The notes beneath the pieces were generated by a model, which was not told the origin of the DNA, made no database searches, and saw nothing but the letters and a program-made list of their open reading frames with translations. Below are positions 20,815 to 31,038 of a DNA stretch of 64,000 bases, in pieces (the first letter of the stretch is position 1; each line of letters begins with the position of its first letter). The stretch comes from Candidatus Poribacteria bacterium (GTDB lineage Bacteria; Poribacteria; WGA-4E; WGA-3G), in the NCBI GenBank assembly GCA_965242965.1, contig OZ251518.1, positions 864,001 through 928,000 on the forward strand, written 5' to 3'. Position numbers and translations under genes: made by a program.

Positions 20815-21125
20815 CTTTCCGTAGGGCGAGGGCCTGTCCCTCGCCAGTGCTCGCGTACTCCAACGCTCGCGGGGGACAGGCCCCCGCGCTACGATAAAAA
20901 ACGCCTGTCCCTCACCGTAGGGCGAGGGCCTGTCCCTCGCCGTGCCTAGATCTGCACGGGAAACGGCCTTGGTCTGCGTGCGGTTTTCGCGCGGATCGAA
21001 CGATCGCGGGGGACAGGCCCCCGCGCTACGGAAAAAAACGTCTCTTGAACGATCGCGGGGGAAACCCGCTCGGATGCGCGTGTGGCATCCGAGGGGCCCC
21101 GCGCTACGATAAAAAACGTCTCTTG
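20815..21125. repeat. composite REP-like hairpin cluster
   Basis: Alternating inverted CCTGT-loop hairpins. Confidence 0.9.
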
Positions 21126-21224
21126 AGCCAATGAAATCAACATTGCATTTAACGTTAGGGGAGGCTTTTGGGTTGACCTGAATACGGAAGACAGAGATAG
21201 AAATTTCCAGACGGCAGGCAATAA

Positions 21225-22061
21225 TCAGCGTGCTAACAGATTCGCCAAGGCTGCGAATTCAGCAATATCCAGCGTTTCGGCGCGCCGCTGAGGAGATATA
21301 TCAAGTGCTTCAAACGCCGAAGTTAACGCCTCGGCTGAGGCAAACTTGCCTTTCGCTAAGGCGTTTTTCAACATCTTCCGACGCATCCGAAACGCTGTTC
21401 GGACTACTTGAAAGAAGTGCGCTTCGTCATCAACGGCGACTGGCGGGACATCGCGCATCGTTAATTTCAGGAGTGCCGATTCTACTTTGGGAGGCGGGTA
21501 AAAGTTGTCGGGGGACAGCAGCGCGATAAACGTCGCTTCGGCGTAATATGAGACACCGATTGTCAACGCGCCGTAATCTTTGCCGCCGGGTGAGGCGACG
21601 ATTCGTTCCGCTACTTCTTTCTGCATCATTAAGACGCAGCTGTCAAGCCGCTCATGATGCGCTAAGAGTTTCCACAAGATAGGCGTTGTGATGTGATAGG
21701 GCAAGTTGGCGATGACCTTGGGCGGCGTATCTGCTTCCAACAACACGTCAAGGTCCGATTTGAGGATATCGGCGTGGATAAGTCGGACATGTGAGTTCGC
21801 TGAAAATTGCGCTTTCAAGGCGGCGGATAACAGCGCGTCCACTTCAACGGCGATTACTTGTTTCGCTTGCGCGGCTAGGACGGTGGTGAGGCAGCCTAAC
21901 CCGGCACCGATTTCTATCACGGTGTCGGTATCGGTTACCTCGCCTGTTTCAAGGATAAGTGTCAGCGCGTCGGGATTTATGAGGAAGTGTTGTCCTAAGT
22001 GCTTTTTGGGTCGGGTGTCGTTGATTGCGAAGAAGTCGCGGATTTGTTGTTGGAGTGTCAT
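21225..22061 (-). CDS. rsmA: 16S rRNA (adenine1518/1519-N6)-dimethyltransferase
   Basis: KKHLGQHFL, VIEIGAGLG, ANLPYHITT, MMQKEVAERI, PPPKVESA and RRAETL. Start moved out of the repeat. Confidence 0.96.
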   Translation of the reverse strand: MTLQQQIRDFFAINDTRPKKHLGQHFLINPDALTLILETGEVTDTDTVIEIGAGLGCLTTVLAAQAKQVIAVEVDALLSAALKAQFSANSHVRLIHADILKSDLDVLLEADTPPKVIANLPYHITTPILWKLLAHHERLDSCVLMMQKEVAERIVASPGGKDYGALTIGVSYYAEATFIALLSPDNFYPPPKVESALLKLTMRDVPPVAVDDEAHFFQVVRTAFRMRRKMLKNALAKGKFASAEALTSAFEALDISPQRRAETLDIAEFAALANLLAR

Positions 22062-22089
22062 GGTTTTTTTTGTATTGGGGCGTTTTGCA

Positions 22090-22560
22090 GTGGGAAAAAA
22101 ACGCCGCCCCTTCCCGTAGGGCGAGGGCCTGTCCCTCGCCATCGTTTTGCTGCCAGACCTCCTCCCCTCTGTAGGTCAGGATCGCCTGATCCTGACCCGT
22201 TTGTGATCAGGCGATCACAAACTACAGAGGAGCGAAACGTCCCCCGTCACCGTAGGGCGAGGGCCTGTCCCTCGCCATGCCTCGGTCTATCGAACGATCG
22301 CGGGGGACAGGCCCCCGCGCTACGGTTGTGGAGGCTGCCTTCCCGTTACCGTAGGGCGAGGGCCTGTCCCTCGCCATCGTTTTGCTGCCAGACCGCATCA
22401 CCTCTGTAGGTCAGGAGCGCCTGCTCCTGACCTGTTTGTGATCAGGCGATCACAAACTACAGAAGGGGAAATACACATCGGGACGATCGCGGGGGCCTGT
22501 CCCCCGCGCTACGATACTCGCACGCGCCAACGATCGCGGGGGCCTGTCCCCCGCGCTACG
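22090..22560. repeat. composite REP-like hairpin cluster
   Basis: CCTGT-loop hairpins and two GTCAGG../TTTGTGATC doublets. Confidence 0.9.
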
Positions 22561-22580
22561 GTAGGGAGACGGTTTCGGAC

Positions 22581-23915
22581 TCAATAGACTGCCAAATAAT
22601 TATCAGTCTCCCACTGGCTGACACTGCGATTGTAGCGATTCCACTCGGCGCGCTTGACTTCAATGTAGTAGTCGGCGTAATCCGCACCGAGCGCGTTCTT
22701 GATAACCTCATCGTGTTCAAGATAATCAAGCGCATCGCTGAGCGTCGTCGGTAGAAAACCGATGTTCCGACGTTTGAGTTCATCTTCCGGGACTACGTAA
22801 AGATTGTCGACATTCCGTTCCCCAGGATCGATCTGGTTTTCAATGCCATCTAATCCGGCGGCGAGGAGGACTGTCATCGTCAGATACGGGTTCGCCGCGC
22901 CATCGCCCAAGCGGTTCTCAATGCGTCCCGGCGCAGGAATGCGAATCATCTGCGTCCGATTATTGGCACCATAAGTAACATAAACGGGTGCCCACGATGC
23001 CCCAGACCTCGGCGCACCACGGACGAGACGTTTGTAACTGTTGACGAGTGGATTCGCAACCGCCGTGATGGCCTTCGCATGCTTCAGAATCCCGCCGGTA
23101 AACCAATAAGCGAGTTGCGTCAAACCGCATTCATCGTCCTCATCGAGGAACAGGTTCGTCTGATTAGGCTCGTCCCAGAGGCTCATGTGAAAGTGCGCGC
23201 CGTTGCCGGTCAGATTGGTGAACGGTTTCGGCATAAACGTCGCCAACAGCCCGTTTTCTTCCGCGACCGTTTTAACCATCCACTTGAAAAAAGTGTGCCG
23301 GTCTGCTGTCGTCAGCGCGTCGGCGTATGTCCAGTTTGTCTCGTATTGACACGTCGCATCCTCGTGGTCATTCGCGTAAGGATCCCACCCTAATTCTTGC
23401 ATGTATTTGATTAAGGTAGTCATCATGTCAAGATTGCGATGCAATGCGCGCAGATCATAGCACGGTTTATCCAGCGTGTCAAGCGTGTCCCACGGGGCGT
23501 ATTGCCCCCTTTCGTCCTGCTTCAACAGCATGAATTCCGCCTCAACGCCGACGTTGAAAACGTAACCTTTCGCCTCCGCTTTCTCCAATTGCTGACGGAG
23601 GATGGTGCGCGGACAGCAATGCCACGATGCGCCTTCGACATACATATCGCCTGCTACCCAGGCGAGGTTTTTGCGCCACGGGACGATGGTGAGTGAATTG
23701 AAGTCGGGGATGCACGCCATTTCAGGTTCGTGGGGCCATTGCCCGATTTCGCCGGCGGCGAATCCGCCGAAGCCGGCACCTTCTTCTGCCATATCGTCAA
23801 GGTGCGTTGCGGGGATGACTTTCGCCTTCGGCGCGCCGCTCATTTCTACGAAAGAGCAGAGGAAAAATTCGATGCCTTCTTCTTCGATTAGATATTTGAC
23901 ATGGTTTCGTGTCAT
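22581..23915 (-). CDS. GlnT-type glutamine synthetase / possible gamma-glutamylmethylamide synthetase
   Basis: GAGFGGFA, NDHEDA, TFMPKPF, TGNGAHFHMS, SGASWAP and NRTQMIRIP; GGAG RBS. Confidence 0.85.
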   Translation of the reverse strand: MTRNHVKYLIEEEGIEFFLCSFVEMSGAPKAKVIPATHLDDMAEEGAGFGGFAAGEIGQWPHEPEMACIPDFNSLTIVPWRKNLAWVAGDMYVEGASWHCCPRTILRQQLEKAEAKGYVFNVGVEAEFMLLKQDERGQYAPWDTLDTLDKPCYDLRALHRNLDMMTTLIKYMQELGWDPYANDHEDATCQYETNWTYADALTTADRHTFFKWMVKTVAEENGLLATFMPKPFTNLTGNGAHFHMSLWDEPNQTNLFLDEDDECGLTQLAYWFTGGILKHAKAITAVANPLVNSYKRLVRGAPRSGASWAPVYVTYGANNRTQMIRIPAPGRIENRLGDGAANPYLTMTVLLAAGLDGIENQIDPGERNVDNLYVVPEDELKRRNIGFLPTTLSDALDYLEHDEVIKNALGADYADYYIEVKRAEWNRYNRSVSQWETDNYLAVY

Positions 23916-23960
23916 AAGATGGTTCTCCGTGTTGGGACGATAAAAAACGTCTTCTTTCAT

Positions 23961-24650
23961 CGTAGGGCGAGGGCCTGTCCCTCGCCATGCCTCGATCTAC
24001 CGAACGCTCGCGGGGGACAGGCCCCCGCGCTACGGGTGTCAAGACCGCCTTCCCCTCACCGTAGGGCGAGGGCCTGTCCCTCGCCATGCTGCGGTCCACC
24101 GGAAACTCGCGGGGGACAGGCCCCCGCGCTACGGGAAAAATAACGGTTTTTTGAGCTCAATAAAAACACCCCTTCATCGTAGGGCGAGGGCCTGTCCCTC
24201 GCCATGCCTCGGGGCACCGAACGATCGCGGGGGACAGGCCCCCGCGCTACGGGAAAATAACGGTTTTTGAACTCATAAAAACGTCACCCCTCATCGTAGG
24301 GCGAGGGCCTGTCCCTCGCCATGCTGCAGTCTACCGAACGCTCGCGGGGGACAGGCCCCCGCGCTACGGGAAAAATAACGGGTCTTGAGCTCAATAAAAA
24401 CGTCACCCGTCACCGTAGGGCGAGGGCCTGTCCCTCGCCATGCTCCGGTCTACCGAACGATCGCGGAGGACAGGCCCCCGCGCTACGATAAAATAACGCC
24501 TTCGCGCGTTCCAACGATCACGGGGGACAGGCCCCCGCGCTACGGTTGTCGAGGCCGCCTCCCCTCACCGTAGGGCGAGGGCCTGTCCCTCGCCATGCTC
24601 CGGTCTATCGAACGATCGCTGGAGAATCGAGACCAGGAGGTCTCTCCTAC
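23961..24650. repeat. tandem array of REP doublets (REPIN/BIME-like)
   Basis: CGTAGGGCGAGGGCCTGTCCCTCGCCAT starts at 23961, 24060, 24178, 24295, 24414 and 24569. The first five are each followed ~20 bp later by an inverted CGCGGGGGACAGGCCCCCGCGCTACG-type unit. Confidence 0.92.
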
Positions 24651-27600
24651 GGTATTGCATCAAGACCGGGGAGGACGATGCCGCGGGCGGCGAGGAACTC
24701 CCGTTCACGCGATAAGGCACAGGCATCTTCCGCTGACGTGCCAGGGATGCCGTATTCGGCGCGCTCCTTTGCCAAATCTGTCTTACTTTTTTTTACGCCA
24801 CGAATGCTCGGTTCAGCGGCTAGCATTTCACGGAAAGGCTGCATCGCCGCGTGAACAGCAGGCTCATTGATGCCGAGTATCGTCAGCACCCATGCATCCA
24901 AAACCGCGCGCCACTCGTCGACAGCGCACTCGTTATACGGCAGGAATCGACGCGTCTTGATACGCTCCAGCACCACCTCCGCCTCCGCCAACTGTGCATC
25001 GTCAAGTTGACTGACATTGAGGGTAGGAAGAAACTCCAGAGCTCCAAGAGATGTCCTACCACGTTCCTTCTGCTGTTTACCGGCAAACATCCAATGCAAA
25101 AGCAACCCCAGAGAAGAATTCGCCCAGAGTGTCCACATCGCTTCATGCGACGGGTTGTCAAACCGAGCATTCGTCATCGAACTGACACCGAGGGATGGCC
25201 GTTCTGTCCAAGTTGCAAGCATCGAGTTGGCTGAATACGTAATATTGAGATGATAATGCGCGCGACTCATAAGTTTACGAATCTCATTCGCCTTCTTAAT
25301 CTTCGCAGGCTTCGCCTTCGCCTTGTAGTCGGGTTTTGACACAATTGCGCGCTGCGTCTCGGCTTGCGTCTGCCATAATGCATCAGTTCCTTCGTTTGGT
25401 GACTGCGCATAGGGATACATCTCAAACGCACCCATAGTCTTATGCTTAATAACGGTGTGACTTATTCCCCTCTGCGCAATCTCCTTAAACTCGCAAATCG
25501 GAACGGAGATTCCCTCTGCGGTTTCAGGTAAGTGTAACACACTATTTTCTAGATGGCGCCCTACTTGCACTAATTGAAGCGATACTGTCCGTGTCGCGCT
25601 CCATGCGGAAGTGTTCAGCGGGCAATCTAGCATTTTCCCGATAGTTGTCTCGCCTATACGAAGTGTGTCACTGCCTTCAGGTGTATCTTCAAGGCGACGT
25701 GTTGCAGGCATCTCCCGAATTTCCCTTGCCAGCATTTCAGCCGAAATCAGGTCTGCGGGACGTTCTGTAATGCAGACGAACTTTGCGCGTCCTGTATTCT
25801 CGCCTACGCCTTTCGTTGCTACCACGATGCATTCTGCCATCCCCGTATCGTGAGAGAATGCGCAATCATATATTTCTGCTGCTGCAACCGTAACCACGAT
25901 CACGTCGTGATATTCTGTCGCCCATAGTTTTCGCGCCTTCTCTCCTGCGGTGCCGGACAGGGTTGCGATGGGTAAGATAAATCCCATCCGTCCATCGTCA
26001 CGCAATTTCAAGTCGGCGAGTTCGACGAAATAGGAGCCGAGTCCGTTAGCCATGTCGCCGACTCTCGGATTTTTCGTCTTAAGTGCGGCGAGCATCGCTT
26101 TTTTATCATCGTGCGTATGTCCGCTACCGTCAAATGCGGTTTTCTTGACCTGGCTGTTGCTATCGGCATTAGCGGCGGCAAACGGCGGATTCTGTATTAT
26201 GATATCAAACTCGCCGTTGGCAAAGGTCCGTTTGAAGTCTACCGTTACCCCGCGGTGCCCGCCGAGCTGCTCTGCTTGATGCGTGAGTTCGGAGATTTCA
26301 AGTTGTTCGCTGTCGAGCAATTCGAGTGAGCCGATGGCGTATGTCCTGTCTTCCTGTTCGCCGTAGGGAGCGGTAATTACCCTTGTTGCGCCGAGTATCT
26401 CCTTTGGAAACGCGCCTGCCATCGCTGCGAATGTCAGGTGTGTGCAGTGCGGGTAGATGTCACTGCCGGCGAGGTTATTTTCCAGCATCTCGACGTGGAT
26501 GTCGCGTGGGTTATTGCCTTGCACTTCATGGAGCCGCTGGATACGTTTGTAAACGCCGTTCAGGAGCGCGCCTGTCCCGCACGCCAGGTCTGCCACTTTC
26601 GGTAAGGTGTCATCTTCGGGCAAGTTTGGACAGACAAGTGCGGAGAGCAAAGCCGCGCTTTCTGGCAATGTGTAGTTTGCCTTGACAAACTTGCGATCTA
26701 CGATAAGTTCTTGGAGGACTATGCCGAGGAGTTCATGAACTTGTCCCAGTTGCGTTTCGTTGACTCGCAGTGCGGCGTTGCATAACGATTGCAACACCGT
26801 GTTAACGCGCATGTCATACTTGGCGATTGCGTTGACAAGCGATACCGCCACCTTGAAAATGGGGTAGTAGTTGACTTCGAGGATCCAGTTCCAGTCGTCA
26901 ACAACTTCGCGCCAGTCGGTGTTATGCGAGTGCCAATTCGGGGAACGGACTTCGCCGAGTTCCTCGTAGTTTTCGTCGTTCCCGGCTATTGCGGATTGAA
27001 AAGCGAACGCCTCCATGATGATTAAGCAGGACATCCGATATGTCTGAATTCCGGAGGGTTGGTTTAAAATTCCTGCGAGTTCTTCGCCGATGGCGGGGTG
27101 GTGTTTCACGGCTTTCTGCAGTTCGTCGGCTGCGGCGTTAATCTCCTGTTCGAGTTTCTCCGTTGCTGCAGTCAGCGTTTCCATTGGCACTGCGCCGAGG
27201 TGCAATGCCATCGCTACGTCGGCTAGCGAGCCTTTGGCGAATCCTGCGCGCGGGAAGCGCGTTTCTCCATCCCGATATCGGTTTATCAGCATGTATTCAA
27301 ATTCGGTGCAGGCTGCAACCGCTTTTTCGAGTTGTGCTTCTGGCTCTTCCTTCAAGTAGACAGGATATTTGAGTGCCATTACTGCCTGCACGCTGTTGCC
27401 GTATTCGTTGAACGGGGGTTTCAGTTTTTTGCCGAAATGCGAGCGCGCTTGTGCTAGGACATCGTTCGTCTTGGCTTGGCTGTCCGCCCATTTCGCCTCA
27501 ATGACGATTGGGTGGTGACTCGCCTTTGTCATGAAGATGTCGGGCCGGCGGGCCTGATTGACTAGGACGCGTTCTTCTGTGCGGAGCGTCCAAGATTGAC

Positions 27601-27658
27601 TCTTTTGCTGAAGAATTGGTGCGACTTTCTGTGTAATTTTTTCTTCGATGTGTGCCAT
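24647..27658 (-). CDS. Type IIG-like restriction endonuclease / N6-adenine methyltransferase fusion
   Basis: N-terminal RRPD..IEAK (PD-(D/E)XK), MTase motif I DLACGTGALL, motif IV IIQNPPF and a C-terminal TRD-like region. Confidence 0.82.
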   Translation of the reverse strand: MAHIEEKITQKVAPILQQKSQSWTLRTEERVLVNQARRPDIFMTKASHHPIVIEAKWADSQAKTNDVLAQARSHFGKKLKPPFNEYGNSVQAVMALKYPVYLKEEPEAQLEKAVAACTEFEYMLINRYRDGETRFPRAGFAKGSLADVAMALHLGAVPMETLTAATEKLEQEINAAADELQKAVKHHPAIGEELAGILNQPSGIQTYRMSCLIIMEAFAFQSAIAGNDENYEELGEVRSPNWHSHNTDWREVVDDWNWILEVNYYPIFKVAVSLVNAIAKYDMRVNTVLQSLCNAALRVNETQLGQVHELLGIVLQELIVDRKFVKANYTLPESAALLSALVCPNLPEDDTLPKVADLACGTGALLNGVYKRIQRLHEVQGNNPRDIHVEMLENNLAGSDIYPHCTHLTFAAMAGAFPKEILGATRVITAPYGEQEDRTYAIGSLELLDSEQLEISELTHQAEQLGGHRGVTVDFKRTFANGEFDIIIQNPPFAAANADSNSQVKKTAFDGSGHTHDDKKAMLAALKTKNPRVGDMANGLGSYFVELADLKLRDDGRMGFILPIATLSGTAGEKARKLWATEYHDVIVVTVAAAEIYDCAFSHDTGMAECIVVATKGVGENTGRAKFVCITERPADLISAEMLAREIREMPATRRLEDTPEGSDTLRIGETTIGKMLDCPLNTSAWSATRTVSLQLVQVGRHLENSVLHLPETAEGISVPICEFKEIAQRGISHTVIKHKTMGAFEMYPYAQSPNEGTDALWQTQAETQRAIVSKPDYKAKAKPAKIKKANEIRKLMSRAHYHLNITYSANSMLATWTERPSLGVSSMTNARFDNPSHEAMWTLWANSSLGLLLHWMFAGKQQKERGRTSLGALEFLPTLNVSQLDDAQLAEAEVVLERIKTRRFLPYNECAVDEWRAVLDAWVLTILGINEPAVHAAMQPFREMLAAEPSIRGVKKSKTDLAKERAEYGIPGTSAEDACALSREREFLAARGIVLPGLDAIP

Positions 27659-27691
27659 TTTTTGGGTTCCTTTGGAGGTTTATTTTTAATT

Positions 27692-27720
27692 ATGATACCA
27701 TAAAGGGGTTGAAATGTCAA
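27692..27720 (-). promoter_or_regulatory. sigma70-type promoter of the RM gene
   Basis: Minus strand TTGACA-17 bp-TATCAT with TG extension. Confidence 0.7.
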
Positions 27721-27739
27721 TTTTTTCCGTTTTTTCTCA

Positions 27740-28570
27740 TTTGAAGGATCGCGGGGGACAGGCCCCCGCGCTACGGTAAAATAACGGTTTTTGAGCTCGA
27801 TAAAAACGCCCTTTCATCGTAGGGCGAGGGCCTGTCCCTCGCCATGCCTCGCGCGAGGGAAAATACGTCTTTTCCTCATTTGAAGGATCACGGGGGACAG
27901 GCCCCCGCGCTACGGTGAAAAAAAACGCCATCCTTCCTCGTAGGGCGAGGGCCTGTCCCTCGCCATCGTTCACGCTGCCAGACCCCTTCCCCTCTGTAGG
28001 TCAAGAGCGCCTGCTCTTGACCCGTTTGTGATTAGGCGATCACAAACTACAGAAGGGAAACTGTCCCTCGCCAGTGCTCGCGCAATCCAACGATCGCGGG
28101 GGACAGGCCCCCGCGCTACGGTGAAAACAAACGCCTTCCGTTATCGTAGGGCGAGGGCCTGTCCCTCGCCATCGTTCACGCTGCCAGACCCCTTCCCCCC
28201 TCTGTAGGTCAAGAGCGCCTGCTCTTGACCCGTTTGTGATCAGGCGATCACAAACTACAGAAGGGGAACACGCATCGTGCCGATAGAGATCGCGGGGGAC
28301 AGGCCCCCGCGCTACGGTGAAAATAACGCCTGCCTTAAAAAACGCCTGTCCCTCGCCATCGTTTTGCTGCCAGACCCCTTCCCCCCTCTGTAGGTCAAGA
28401 GCGCCTGCTCTTGACCTGTTTGTGATCAGGCGATCACAAACTACAGAAGGGAACTGTCCCTCGCTAGTGTTCGCGTACTCCAACGATCGCGGGGGACAGG
28501 CCCCCGCGCTACGGTGAACAATGGGGCTTTGAGAGATCGCGGGGGACAGGCCCCCGCGCTACGATAAAAA
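27740..28570. repeat. composite REP-like hairpin cluster
   Basis: Three copies of the GTAGGTCAAGAGCGCCTGCTCTTGAC / GTTTGTGATCAGGCGATCACAAACTAC doublet, interleaved with CCTGT-loop hairpins. Confidence 0.9.
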
Positions 28571-28607
28571 AAACGGTTCTTGAGCCATCGCTACGGGGCC
28601 AGGCAGG

Positions 28608-29828
28608 TTATTTCGTATTTCGCATGGAAACGACCCGCGTTAAAATCTTATCAGCGACGGCGCGTTTGGAGAGACGCGGGAGCTGTTCGCACGTGCCATC
28701 CCAATCTAATAAGGTGACAATGTTCGTATCTACCTCAAACCCTGCACCCTCGGCGAGAATATCGTTCGCGACGATGAGATCGCAGTTTTTTCGGACTAAT
28801 TTTTCTTTCGCGTTGGCAAGCAGTTCTTCCGTTTCGGCGGCGAAGCAGACAAGAAATTGGTGCGTTTTCCGTTCGCCGAGGTCCTGCGCGATATCCGGAT
28901 TCCTTTCAAACGTGAGCGCCAATGTCAACGGCGAGTCTGTCTTCTTTATTTTCTGCGGTGCGCGTTGCGTTGGCCGATAATCGGCGGGTGCCGCCGCCAT
29001 CACGACGATGTCTGTCTCGTCGAAAGCGCGCAAGACTTCCTCGTGCATCTCCACCGTAGTCCCGACGCGCCGAGTCTCAATGCCGCCGGGGGCCGGCACG
29101 GTGGTATGCCCACAGATGAGTAGCACCTCGGCACCGCGGGCTTTCGCCGCCGCCGCGATGGCGTATCCCATCTTGCCGCTGGAAGGATTCGTGATAAAGC
29201 GGCCCGGGTCGATGTATTCGCGCGTCGCCCCGGCAGTAACCAGCACCCGTATCCCTTGCAAATCGGCGTTTTCCTGAAAGCGCGCGCCGAGGATTTCAGT
29301 GGCGCGTTGGAGGATAACGTCTACCGTATTCAGTCTGCCAACGCCTTCATAACCGCAGGCTAAATCGCCGCTGGCGGGTTCAACGAAGTGGACCCCGTGC
29401 GTTTTCAGCGTCTCCATATTCCGTTGCACCATCGGATTGTGGTACATGTGTCCGTTCATCGCGGGTGCGAGGAGTATCGGGCAATGCACGGAAATAGCGA
29501 CGGTAGAGAGCGCGTCATCGGCGATGCCGTTCGCCATTTTCCCGATGATGTTGGCAGTCGCCGGCACGATAATGAGCAACGCGCCGTTGTCAGCGAGTTC
29601 GATGTGGGGAGGCTTCCAATCTGTCCCTGCGGCAAACAGGTCTGACAACACTGGGTTTCGTGAGATAACTTGGAATTGCAGCGGCTGCACGAGGCGCGTG
29701 GCGTTGGGTGTCATCACGGTATGCACATCGGCACCGCGCTTGACGAGTTGACTCGCCAGGTCTAGCGATTTGTGGATGGCGATGCCGCCGGTAACGCCTA
29801 AGATGATTGTGTGGTTGCTGAGTTCCAT
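28608..29828 (-). CDS. coaBC: bifunctional phosphopantothenoylcysteine decarboxylase / phosphopantothenate-cysteine ligase
   Basis: GVTGGIA, PATAN..KMANGIAD, APAMN, LACG..G.GR, TAGATRE..SSGKMG and FAAET. Confidence 0.97.
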   Translation of the reverse strand: MELSNHTIILGVTGGIAIHKSLDLASQLVKRGADVHTVMTPNATRLVQPLQFQVISRNPVLSDLFAAGTDWKPPHIELADNGALLIIVPATANIIGKMANGIADDALSTVAISVHCPILLAPAMNGHMYHNPMVQRNMETLKTHGVHFVEPASGDLACGYEGVGRLNTVDVILQRATEILGARFQENADLQGIRVLVTAGATREYIDPGRFITNPSSGKMGYAIAAAAKARGAEVLLICGHTTVPAPGGIETRRVGTTVEMHEEVLRAFDETDIVVMAAAPADYRPTQRAPQKIKKTDSPLTLALTFERNPDIAQDLGERKTHQFLVCFAAETEELLANAKEKLVRKNCDLIVANDILAEGAGFEVDTNIVTLLDWDGTCEQLPRLSKRAVADKILTRVVSMRNTK

Positions 29829-29846
29829 GTTGTGCTGCCTTTATAG

Positions 29847-30287
29847 TTAAATGAGGGTGTTTCATAATTCCGTTTCGGATTTATCCCGCCTTGGAGGGTG
29901 GGATAACACCAGAAGGCATCGGGCCCACCTCTGTAGTTCGGGATCGCCCGATCCCGAACGGGTCAGGAGCAGGCGATCCTGACCTACAGGGGTGATGCGC
30001 TCTGCCAGCCAAACGCATGGCGAGGGACAGGCCCTCGCCCTACGGTAACCCGGGGCGTTTTTTTCTGTCGATCCGTTCGGGATCAGGCGATCCCGAACTA
30101 CGGTCTTTTCCAAGGTCTGGGCACGGCGAGGGAAACCCGCTCGGATGCGCGTGTGGCATGCGAGGGCCCAAGCCCTACGCGAAGGGGTGGCGTTTTTTTA
30201 TCGCAGCGCGGGGCCCTCGGATGCCACACGCGCATCCGAGAGGGTTTCACCGCGACGTTGAGCGAGTTATGAAACACCCTCAGTTAA
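29847..30287. mobile_element. inverted-repeat-bounded, REP-filled non-autonomous cassette (MITE-like)
   Basis: Left end TTAAaTGAGGGTGTTTCATAA (29847-29867), right end TTATGAAACACCCTCAgTTAA (30267-30287). The interior consists mainly of GTAG hairpins. Confidence 0.55.
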
Positions 30288-30378
30288 ATGCATCGAGACC
30301 AGGAGGTCTCTCCTACTCCCCATCTGTAGTTTGTGATCGCCTGATCACAAACGATGCATCGAGACCAGGAGGGCTCTC

Positions 30379-31023
30379 CTACCGAGTGAATCGTTGATTA
30401 ATTGTTTTCACCAAACCTGCGTCGATTCGGCAACGTTCCGCCGCAATAATCGCCTGAATCTGAGCCACAGCCTGTTTTATCCCACCGTCATGGTTAGTAA
30501 CGCAATAGTCGTAGTGCTGAATTTGGGCGATTTCGGATGCCGCGATGTCCAAGCGTTGCATCAGTTCCGATTCCGATTCCGTTTTCCTGCCGCGGAGTCG
30601 TTTCTCCAAATCGGCAAACGATGCAGGGACGATGAAGATGAGTAGACTCCTAACAGTTCCATGTCCTATCCGTTGGCGCGCTTGTAGCGCGCCTTGGACT
30701 TCGATCTCCAAAACCGAGGCTTTCCCTGCGTTTTGTCCGAGCGCGATTTCAGACATGAGTGTGCCGTAGAAATTGCCGCCGTATTCTGCCCATTCGAGGA
30801 ACCCTTCCTGCTGAATCAGTTCCTCAAATTCGGATTTTGACAGAAAGTGATAGTCCACGCCGTCCACTTCGCGTGGGCGCGGCGTGCGCGTCGTTGCGGA
30901 AACGGCGAGTCTCAACGTCTCATCTGCTTTGCAGAGTGCATTGACGACGGTGCTTTTACCGGAGCCCGAAGGACCCGAAATAACGACGACTAAATTGGGT
31001 TGATAGAAATCCTTATGTGCCAC
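30379..31023 (-). CDS. gmk: guanylate kinase
   Basis: SGPSGSGKS, VSATTRTPRPREVDGVDYHF, FLEWA..YGT and LEKRLRGR. Confidence 0.97.
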   Translation of the reverse strand: MAHKDFYQPNLVVVISGPSGSGKSTVVNALCKADETLRLAVSATTRTPRPREVDGVDYHFLSKSEFEELIQQEGFLEWAEYGGNFYGTLMSEIALGQNAGKASVLEIEVQGALQARQRIGHGTVRSLLIFIVPASFADLEKRLRGRKTESESELMQRLDIAASEIAQIQHYDYCVTNHDGGIKQAVAQIQAIIAAERCRIDAGLVKTINQRFTR

Positions 31024-31038
31024 GACGATTTTCTGCGC

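Noticed and set aside
23961-24650. CRISPR array
   Set aside because: Two alternating inverted repeats, spacers homologous to each other, irregular period, the same units scattered across the window, and no cas genes.
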